From Sporanaerobacter acetigenes DSM 13106 (GTDB lineage Bacteria > Bacillota > Clostridia > Tissierellales > Sporanaerobacteraceae): a stretch of DNA of 24,000 bases. The DNA is taken from the NCBI RefSeq assembly GCF_900130025.1, contig NZ_FQXR01000020.1, positions 12,331 to 36,330 of the forward strand, written 5' to 3'. Of this stretch, positions 17,779 to 24,000 are shown one piece after another (positions within the stretch are counted from its first letter, which is position 1; each line of letters begins with the position of its first letter). The notes beneath the pieces were generated by a model. It saw only the letters and a list, made by a program, of their open reading frames with translations. It made no database searches and had not been told where the DNA came from. The translations under genes and the position numbers were made by a program.

Positions 17779-19194
17779 GTGTTTTCTTTGCAGAAAAACA
17801 TAGCAGTTATAGGAGCAGGCCCTGGAGGATATGTAGCAGCTATTAGAGGAGCACAATTGGGAGCAAATGTATATTTAATAGAAAATAGAGAAGTAGGGGG
17901 AACATGCCTCAACAGAGGCTGTATCCCTACTAAAACATATTTTAGAAATGCTGAAATAATGACTACTTTAAAAAACAGCGAAGAGTTTGGAATAAGTGTA
18001 GATAATTATCAATTGGACGGGAAAAAACTTCAGAATAGAAAAAATGAAATTGTCGGCCAATTGGTAGGCGGTATTGAAAAGTTAATTGAGTCCTATAAAA
18101 ATATAGAATTCATAAATGGAAAAGCTAATTTAAAAGATAAAAATACAGTTTCAGTTAAATTGTGTAGTGGAGAAGAACGAGAAATAAAAGTATACAATAT
18201 AGTTATTGCTACAGGTTCTAAACCTACTATGACAGAGACAAAGGGTATAGAATTGGAAGGAGTAATCACTAGTGATGAACTTCTTTCTATGGAAGAAATT
18301 CCAGAAACCTTGATAGTTGTAGGAGGAGGGGTTATAGGAGTTGAGTTTGCTAGTATCTACAATGGTCTAGGTTCTCATGTAATACTTTTAGCTTCTAGAA
18401 TGCTAAAAAATGCAGATAAAGAAGTTCAAAAGAGAATAACTCCTCTTTTAAAAAGACAAGGTATAGAAACATATGTAGATATTAGAGCTAAAGAGATAAT
18501 CAAAGAAGGAGACAAATTAAGAGTAATAGCAAAATATAAAACTAAAGATAAGGAAATAGAAGTTGTAGGAGATAAGGTTCTTGTTGCTTCAGGAAGAGGG
18601 CCAGTAGTAGAAGATTTGAACTTGGATGGTGTAGGAATAGAATATGGTCATAAAGGAATTCATGTAAATGAAGACTTTGAAACTAATATTGATGGAATCT
18701 ATGCTATAGGAGATGTAAATGATGTAGGTGTACAACTTGCCCATGTAGCTTCCAATCAAGGTGTATATGTGATGGAAAAAATAATGGGTATTGAACCTGT
18801 AATCAATTTAGATGTATGGCCAAATTGTGTATTCTGTATACCAGAGGTAGCTCATGTTGGAATGACAGAAGAAGAAGCAAAGGAAAAGAATATTGACTAT
18901 AAGGTTAGTAAATTCTTATTTGGTGCCAATGGAAAGGCTTTAACATTAGGAGAACCGGATGGATTTGTTAAAGTCATGGCAGATGAAAAGAATAAAATAA
19001 TAGGAGTTCATATAATAGGGCCTCATGCCAATGATTTGATTCACGAAGGAGCATTGGCTATTTCAAATGAATTAAAAGTTGAAAATATAGCTAAGACAAT
19101 ACATGCTCATCCAACTTTGAGTGAAGCTTTTTATGAAGCTACACTAGGATTAGAAGGACAGGCAATTCATATGGCTCCCCCTAGAAAAAGATAG
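17779..19194 (+). CDS. lpdA: dihydrolipoyl dehydrogenase (L protein / E3)
   Basis: GTG start abutting the gcvPB stop. FAD fold VIGAGPGGYVAA, redox disulfide GGTCLNRGCIPTK and C-terminal HAHPTLSE. The exact start (GTG 17779 or TTG 17788) is uncertain. Confidence 0.92.
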   Translation: MFSLQKNIAVIGAGPGGYVAAIRGAQLGANVYLIENREVGGTCLNRGCIPTKTYFRNAEIMTTLKNSEEFGISVDNYQLDGKKLQNRKNEIVGQLVGGIEKLIESYKNIEFINGKANLKDKNTVSVKLCSGEEREIKVYNIVIATGSKPTMTETKGIELEGVITSDELLSMEEIPETLIVVGGGVIGVEFASIYNGLGSHVILLASRMLKNADKEVQKRITPLLKRQGIETYVDIRAKEIIKEGDKLRVIAKYKTKDKEIEVVGDKVLVASGRGPVVEDLNLDGVGIEYGHKGIHVNEDFETNIDGIYAIGDVNDVGVQLAHVASNQGVYVMEKIMGIEPVINLDVWPNCVFCIPEVAHVGMTEEEAKEKNIDYKVSKFLFGANGKALTLGEPDGFVKVMADEKNKIIGVHIIGPHANDLIHEGALAISNELKVENIAKTIHAHPTLSEAFYEATLGLEGQAIHMAPPRKR

Positions 19195-19220
19195 CAGATT
19201 TCTGCTATCTTTTTCTTTTT
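19190..19220 (+). terminator. rho-independent terminator of the gcv-lpdA operon
   Basis: GATAGCAG (19190-19197), loop ATTT, CTGCTATC (19202-19209), then TTTTTCTTTTT. The lpdA stop codon lies in the 5' arm. Confidence 0.8.
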
Positions 19221-19286
19221 GAAATATCATTTTATATTTCAAGGTTTTTTTGATAAAATAAGATTAAAAGGATCAGGAGGGGACAT

Positions 19287-19913
19287 ATGGATAAGAAGAT
19301 AATGATAGTTATATCAATAATCTTTTTCATCATTTTTTTGAGTCTGGCTTTTTCAATAAAGGATGTTGATAAAGGTGTATTATTTGATGAAAGCATAATG
19401 GAATGGATTCATAAAAATATAAATTCTAATATGACTATAGTCATGAAGGGAATTACATTTTTAGGCTCTACATATTTTTTTATGATAGCAGGAGCATTGA
19501 TTTTATTCTATTTTATTAAAACAAAACACTATGAGGGAATATTTCCACTATTATTTTCAACTATAGGAAGTTTTTCTTTAAATGCTATTTTAAAACATAT
19601 ATTCACAAGAACAAGACCTATTGAATATTTTCTTATACATCAAGGAGGATATAGTTTTCCCAGTGGGCACGCTATGGTTTCTATGTCTTTTTATACAACT
19701 ATGACTTACTTAATTGTAAAAAACAAAAAATATAAAAATAAAAATTATTTATTTTGGATACTAAACTTTTTAATAGTAGGACTTATTGGCTTTAGTAGAA
19801 CATATTTAGGAGTCCACTGGCCTACAGATGTATTGGGGGGATATATGATGGGATTTTTAGTGTGCTTTTTTACTATCTTTTTATTTAGCCATAAAAAGAA
19901 AGAGGGATTTTGA
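19287..19913 (+). CDS. PAP2-family membrane phosphatase (undecaprenyl-diphosphatase / lipid phosphatase-like)
   Basis: Three PAP2 motifs: KHIFTRTRP, PSGH and SRTYLGVHWPTD. Polytopic membrane protein with GGAGGGG RBS. Confidence 0.85.
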   Translation: MDKKIMIVISIIFFIIFLSLAFSIKDVDKGVLFDESIMEWIHKNINSNMTIVMKGITFLGSTYFFMIAGALILFYFIKTKHYEGIFPLLFSTIGSFSLNAILKHIFTRTRPIEYFLIHQGGYSFPSGHAMVSMSFYTTMTYLIVKNKKYKNKNYLFWILNFLIVGLIGFSRTYLGVHWPTDVLGGYMMGFLVCFFTIFLFSHKKKEGF

Positions 19914-19923
19914 TTATCCCTCT
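19893..19923 (-). terminator. hairpin shared by the two convergent gene ends; probable terminator for the minus-strand ABC operon
   Basis: AGAGGGAT (19901-19908)/ATCCCTCT (19916-19923), 8 bp perfect with a 7-nt loop. On the minus strand it is followed by TTCTTTTTAT. It covers both stop codons (TGA 19911-19913, TAG complement 19922-19924). Confidence 0.5.
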
Positions 19924-21769
19924 AGTTGAGTATTTCTCTTTCTTGTTCCCTTATGAATTGATTTGTATACAATCTATAATAGTATCCTTTCTTGTTCAAT
20001 AACTCATGGTGAGTCCCTACTTCTATTACTTGACCTTTTTTTATAACTAGAATCTTATCAGCATTTTTTATGGTAGATAATCTATGAGCTATGATGAAAC
20101 TAGTTCTTCCTTTTAGTACCTTGTGGATTGTATCTTGTATTATCTTTTCTGTTTCTGTATCTATAGATGAAGTTGCCTCATCAAGTACAAATATTTTAGG
20201 ATTTCTTAAAACTGCTCTTGCAAAGGATATAAGTTGCTTTTGACCTGTTGATAAAAGGTTTCCACCTTCTCCTACTTCTGTATCATATCCATCATGAAGT
20301 TCAACAATGAAATCATGAGCATTTACAAGTTTGCTAGCTCTAATGATATCCAGTTCACTGGCTTCAAGGTTTCCGTACTTTATATTGTCTTTAATAGTAC
20401 CACTGAAAAGATGAGGAGATTGAAGTACATAACCTAAGTTTTCATGAAGCCATACTTGAGGTCTTTTTTTATAGTCAACGCCATCTATGAGAATTTCTCC
20501 TTTAGTTGGTTCATAAAATCTACAGAGAAGGTTCACAATAGTACTTTTTCCTGAACCTGTTTCTCCCACCAATGCTATAGTTTCTCCAGGATTTACATGA
20601 AGATTAAAGTTTTCAAGGACTTCTTCTCCATTTTTATATGAAAAAGATACATTTTTGAATTCAATTTCTCCATTGATACTAGGCCAATCTTCTTTTTTGG
20701 GATTCATAAAGTCTCCGTATTTTTCTATAACTTCTATACTATCTTCAATTTCTAAATCTTCATTTATAAGAGAAAATACTCTTTCGGCAGAAGCTTGAGC
20801 CGATTGAAGTTCAGCAAATATAGCAGCTAATTCTCTTACTGGTTCAAAAAACTGTATAGTATAGTTAACAAATATAACAAGAGTTCCATAACTTAATGTA
20901 TTTGAAAGAACACTTTTTCCTCCAAAATTTAGGGCAAGGGAGGTACCGATACTTCCTAAAAGAAGAATTATAGGTAAATACAATGAAGATATAATCACTG
21001 CCTTTACAGAACTATCTCTCATTTCTCCTGTTAAATTTGTGAATTCTTCTAAATTTTGTTCTTCTCTTACAAGAGTTTTAGTAGTCTTTGCTCCAGAAAT
21101 GTCCTCGTTGAAAGCACCAGTTATTCTTGAGTTTATCTTTCTTACCTTTCTATAGGCAGTAAGTATTTTTTGCTGAAAATAAACACTGATTATAGCCAAA
21201 GGTGGTATTACAGAAAGAGTTATAAGTGCAAGCTTCACATTTAGGGAAAACATGATGACTATTATAGTTATCATCATAGTTACGCCCCAAACAAAATCCA
21301 CCAACCCCCAAGATAGAGTTTCACTGAGTCTATTTATATCGGAAGTCATTCTTGCCATTAACCATCCTACTGCTCTATTGTCATAATAGGATAGGGAAAG
21401 AACTTGCAATTTTTCAAATCCTATCTTTCTTATATCATAGGCCATGCCTGTTTCTATTCTACCAGCAATAGATATGAGAAACCATGCATTTATTGCTTGA
21501 ATAAGGACTAGAAGTCCATATTTTATAGCAAAAGTTTTTAGTCCATTTGTAGTGCCTTTCATAACAAAATCGTCTATTGCTTTACCATTCATCAGTGGGA
21601 ATATAGCATCTATTGCTCCTACTCCTACCATTACTAATGCTAATATAAAAAAGTATTTTTTATATGGTTTTGCATAGACTAAAAAATTTTTCCAAAAAGA
21701 TAAATCTATTTTTTCACTGTATTCCTTTTCTTGCATATCTTCCACGATGTCACCCCCATTAGTTAACAC
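19922..21769 (-). CDS. ABC exporter permease/ATPase fusion, subunit with the consensus catalytic site (heterodimer partner 2)
   Basis: N-terminal 6-TM type I exporter domain. Walker A GETGSGKST, Walker B FVLDEATS (catalytic Glu present), deviant signature LSTGQKQL and H-loop AHRLST. Confidence 0.9.
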   Translation of the reverse strand: MLTNGGDIVEDMQEKEYSEKIDLSFWKNFLVYAKPYKKYFFILALVMVGVGAIDAIFPLMNGKAIDDFVMKGTTNGLKTFAIKYGLLVLIQAINAWFLISIAGRIETGMAYDIRKIGFEKLQVLSLSYYDNRAVGWLMARMTSDINRLSETLSWGLVDFVWGVTMMITIIVIMFSLNVKLALITLSVIPPLAIISVYFQQKILTAYRKVRKINSRITGAFNEDISGAKTTKTLVREEQNLEEFTNLTGEMRDSSVKAVIISSLYLPIILLLGSIGTSLALNFGGKSVLSNTLSYGTLVIFVNYTIQFFEPVRELAAIFAELQSAQASAERVFSLINEDLEIEDSIEVIEKYGDFMNPKKEDWPSINGEIEFKNVSFSYKNGEEVLENFNLHVNPGETIALVGETGSGKSTIVNLLCRFYEPTKGEILIDGVDYKKRPQVWLHENLGYVLQSPHLFSGTIKDNIKYGNLEASELDIIRASKLVNAHDFIVELHDGYDTEVGEGGNLLSTGQKQLISFARAVLRNPKIFVLDEATSSIDTETEKIIQDTIHKVLKGRTSFIIAHRLSTIKNADKILVIKKGQVIEVGTHHELLNKKGYYYRLYTNQFIREQEREILN

Positions 21770-23561
21770 TTACATTTTCCAAATTGTCTTCAAGGGAATT
21801 TTGTATTTCATATACCCTTTTATATAAACCTTCTTTTTTTAATAGTTCTTCGTGATTTCCTCTTTGTACTATTTTCCCTTTATCTAATACAAGAATCAAA
21901 TCTGCCTCTTTTACAGTAGAAATTCTGTGAGAAATAATTATAGTAGTAGATTTGTTTTTTCTTCCATTTAGAGCTTCTCTTATAGAAATATCAGTTTCAG
22001 TATCTACAGCACTTAGTGAATCATCAAATACAACAATAGGGCATTCATTTATTATGGTTCTTGCAATTGCTATACGTTGTTTTTGACCTCCTGACAATGA
22101 CACACCTCTTTCTCCAACGGCTGTATCATATCCTTTGTCAAAACACATGATATCTTCATGAATACTAGCTATTTCAGCAGCATCTAGTACCTTTTTATCT
22201 TCTATATTTGGATTTGAAATTTTTATATTTTCTTTTATGGTTTTAGCAAACAGAAAAGGTTCCTGTAGTACTAATCCTACATTTTTTCTAATCCACTTTT
22301 TATCAATAGTATTTAATTCTCTTCCATCTATTTTTATAGAGCCATTATTATATTCATAAAGTCTTGGAAGAAGATGAACTAATGAGCTTTTTCCAGAACC
22401 AGTAGGCCCTAGTATAGCAACAGTTTCACCAGCGTTTATATCAAAAGAGACTCCATTTAATACAGGTTTCTCCTTTTCATATTCAAAACACACATTCTCA
22501 AAGGAAACATTTCCTTGTATTTCAGGTTTTTCATGATTTTCTTCAAGTATTTCCATAGGTTCATTCAAAACTTCTTCTATACGACCTACAGCAACTATAG
22601 ATTTTCCCATATCTGTAAGTATTCTTCCCATTTGTCTTACAGGCCATAAAAGCATACCTTCATAAGTTGTGAATACCACCAATGTACCTAAAGATATGTG
22701 ACCTTTTGCTGCCCACAAGCTACCTAGAACCAATACAGCACCTATTTGCATCATACAGATAAAGTCTGAAATAGCCCAATACCACGCCAATAGCTTAATT
22801 AATTTATAAACCAGATCTTTATATTTTTCATTTTTTTCATTAAATTTTTCAATTTCATACTTTTGTCTTGCAAAAGCTTTAACTACTCTTATACCTGTTA
22901 AGTTTTCTTGTAGTACTGTAGAAAGTTTACCTTCAGCTTCATCAGCCTCTAAAAAAACTTTCTGAACTTTTGAGAAAAAAACAAAAGCAAATATAAATAT
23001 TATAGGTACTACAGCCATAGAAACTAGAGCCATTTTTACATTGAGATTGAACATTATATAAGAAACAAAAACCAAAGTAAAAATTGCACCACCTATTTCC
23101 ACCAATTGAACTGCTAAAAATCGCCTTATAGTTTCTACATCTGAGCTACATCTTTGAATCAAATCTCCTGTATCTGCTTTCACATGATATTCATAAGGTA
23201 ATCTTTGTATATGATCATATAATTGCTCTCTCATATTTTTGGCAGTGTTTTCAGAAGCTTTACTTGACAGTGTATTTTTCAAATAAAGAAATAAACCTCT
23301 AAAAATAGTTAAAATTATGAGTGCTATACCTATAATCCATAGATTGTTTCTTAAATACTCTTTACCTCCTAAAAAATTTATAGTTTTAATCATCCTAATA
23401 GAACTTATTTCTTTGCTTCCAATAATAGAGTCAATAGTAGTTTTCACTAAAAGAGGGCCTATTACTGTAAAAAATGTAGCAAGGACGATACTTACAATAC
23501 TCATTGCATAAATAAATTTGCTACCTTTCATGAACTTAAAAATCGATTTTAATCCTTTCAT
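21759..23561 (-). CDS. ABC exporter permease/ATPase fusion, subunit with degenerate Walker B (heterodimer partner 1)
   Basis: Start moved to ATG 23561 (MKGLKSIFKFMKG...), 5 nt after AGGAGGG (23573-23567). Walker A GPTGSGKSS, canonical signature LSGGQKQR and Walker B VVFDDSLS (Asp replaces the catalytic Glu). 11-nt overlap with the downstream partner. Confidence 0.9.
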   Translation of the reverse strand: MKGLKSIFKFMKGSKFIYAMSIVSIVLATFFTVIGPLLVKTTIDSIIGSKEISSIRMIKTINFLGGKEYLRNNLWIIGIALIILTIFRGLFLYLKNTLSSKASENTAKNMREQLYDHIQRLPYEYHVKADTGDLIQRCSSDVETIRRFLAVQLVEIGGAIFTLVFVSYIMFNLNVKMALVSMAVVPIIFIFAFVFFSKVQKVFLEADEAEGKLSTVLQENLTGIRVVKAFARQKYEIEKFNEKNEKYKDLVYKLIKLLAWYWAISDFICMMQIGAVLVLGSLWAAKGHISLGTLVVFTTYEGMLLWPVRQMGRILTDMGKSIVAVGRIEEVLNEPMEILEENHEKPEIQGNVSFENVCFEYEKEKPVLNGVSFDINAGETVAILGPTGSGKSSLVHLLPRLYEYNNGSIKIDGRELNTIDKKWIRKNVGLVLQEPFLFAKTIKENIKISNPNIEDKKVLDAAEIASIHEDIMCFDKGYDTAVGERGVSLSGGQKQRIAIARTIINECPIVVFDDSLSAVDTETDISIREALNGRKNKSTTIIISHRISTVKEADLILVLDKGKIVQRGNHEELLKKEGLYKRVYEIQNSLEDNLENVSVN

Positions 23562-23576
23562 TCTATCCCTCCTGTC

Positions 23577-23630
23577 AAAAACAAAATAGCCATGGGCTAT
23601 TGAAATAAAAAATACTATGCCCATGGCTAT
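23577..23630 (-). terminator. terminator-like hairpin T2 immediately upstream of the ABC exporter RBS
   Basis: Minus-strand ATAGCCATGGGC (23630-23619) pairs perfectly (12 bp) with GCCCATGGCTAT (23597-23586). 21-nt loop and tail TTTGTTTTT (23585-23577). Confidence 0.6.
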
Positions 23631-23688
23631 AAATATGCAAAACTCACCAATATCTGTTTTGGTAAAAATAAACAGTATAGAATTGCAT

Positions 23689-23722
23689 AAAAAAACCATA
23701 GGCAACCACACCTATGGTTTTT
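23689..23722 (-). terminator. terminator hairpin T1 downstream of the leader sORF
   Basis: Minus-strand AAAAACCATAGG (23722-23711), loop TGTGGTTG, CCTATGGTTTTT (23702-23691), with the T-run continuing to 23689 (U7). Confidence 0.7.
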
Positions 23723-23749
23723 GATATTTCTAGTAAATTATGTATTTAA

Positions 23750-23827
23750 TCAAAAACGATCATAGGTCGTGGATTTACATTTCGAACTTAAATTTTCTTT
23801 GATTAGTATACTGCACATTATTATCAT
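23750..23827 (-). CDS. 25-codon small ORF, candidate regulatory leader peptide of the ABC exporter operon
   Basis: AAAGGAGG (23843-23836) lies 8 nt before ATG 23827. Product MIIMCSILIKENLSSKCKSTTYDRF, stop TGA 23752-23750. The last codons are complementary to the 5' arm of T1. No homology is claimed. Confidence 0.45.
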   Translation of the reverse strand: MIIMCSILIKENLSSKCKSTTYDRF

Positions 23828-23862
23828 CAACACGACCTCCTTTATTATTTAGTATATCTATA

Positions 23863-23891
23863 AGTATATTCACATTTTTGGTAATATTCAA
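23863..23891 (-). promoter_or_regulatory. sigma-A type promoter candidate for the sORF/ABC exporter transcript
   Basis: Minus-strand TTGAAT (23891-23886), 17-nt spacer, TATACT (23868-23863), about 20 nt upstream of the sORF RBS. Confidence 0.4.
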
Positions 23892-24000
23892 CCATTATTT
23901 TCATTTGTAACACAATTGTAATATAATAAAGTAATTATTCAAATAAAATAAGTAAATAAAAAGGATATTTATAAAAAACGTGGAATATGTTAAAAATAAG

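Noticed and set aside
2084-17912. Antisense ORFs of 60-124 aa in the track (2084-2266, 2316-2558, 3514-3765, 4031-4405, 5340-5552, 6945-7154, 7369-7554, 11182-11496, 12083-12331, 14206-14508, 14780-14977, 16263-16490, 17629-17856, 17706-17912 on the minus strand; 23317-23511 on the plus strand)
   Set aside because: All lie wholly within, or mostly overlap, well-supported genes on the opposite strand. They have low-complexity Ser/Phe/Ile-rich translations, no RBS and no recognisable motifs. They are shadow ORFs typical of AT-rich genomes.
23644-23688. Second mini-ORF between T1 and T2 on the minus strand (MQFYTVYFYQNRYW, aromatic-rich)
   Set aside because: The ATG follows the U-tract of T1 directly, with no Shine-Dalgarno sequence. 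It is probably a chance ORF in AT-rich leader RNA.
23562-23711. 50-codon N-terminal extension of the upstream ABC gene in the ORF track (MWLPMVFLCNSILF...DRRDR)
   Set aside because: It starts at a GTG inside the loop of terminator T1 with no SD, and it runs through both terminator hairpins. Its hydrophobicity reflects T-rich DNA. A strong AGGAGGG RBS precedes the internal ATG 23561, and MKGLKSIFKF... is a typical exporter N-terminus.
23587-23748. 36-codon plus-strand ORF (ATG CCC ATG GCT...) and the T1 hairpin acting as a plus-strand terminator
   Set aside because: There is no RBS, and no plus-strand gene upstream that would need terminating. The A-run/T-run symmetry of T1 simply makes it look bidirectional.
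23750-23827. The 25-aa sORF as a bacteriocin, RiPP or pheromone precursor exported by the adjacent ABC pair
   Set aside because: There is no double-glycine or other recognisable leader cleavage motif. Neither ABC protein has a C39 peptidase domain, and no modification or immunity genes are present. The exact complementarity of its 3' end to the terminator arm favours a regulatory leader role. The alternative is not fully excluded.
1-24000. Looked for CRISPR arrays, IS/transposase or integrase genes, tRNA/rRNA genes, prophage or defence-system genes
   Set aside because: None found. The only repeats seen are the DnaA boxes and the leader-segment duplications. All large ORFs are accounted for by housekeeping or metabolic functions.

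Overview
Low-GC Firmicute (Clostridia-like, spore-former) chromosomal core region. Positions 1-7540 hold the 3' end of the ribosomal alpha operon and its usual Firmicute followers: infA (partial), rpmJ, rpsM, rpsK, rpsD, rpoA, rplQ, ecfA1, ecfA2, ecfT, truA, rplM, rpsI, followed by cwlD. A four-gene [FeFe]-hydrogenase sensing/catalytic module matching the hfsABCD layout of Thermoanaerobacterium follows at 8614-13240. It encodes a small 2Fe-2S protein, a PAS-containing HydS-type sensory hydrogenase, a PP2C/SpoIIE phosphatase and a catalytic-type hydrogenase. Next come a complete glycine cleavage operon gcvT-gcvH-gcvPA-gcvPB-lpdA (13466-19194) and a PAP2 phosphatase. On the minus strand lies a heterodimeric ABC exporter pair with one degenerate ATP site. 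No rRNA, tRNA, CRISPR or mobile element was seen. Three observations go beyond the ORF track. (1) Seven DnaA-box motifs, four of them perfect, fill the cwlD-hydrogenase intergenic region. (2) A strongly SD-preceded 25-codon ORF plus two tandem terminator hairpins with mutually exclusive pairings lie upstream of the ABC exporter, suggesting a ribosome-dependent attenuator. (3) The H2-sensor/phosphatase module has no visible kinase or substrate partner. Two track ORFs have over-extended starts, corrected here: gcvPA to 14981 and the upstream ABC gene to 23561. All homology statements come from reading motifs by eye; no database search was run.
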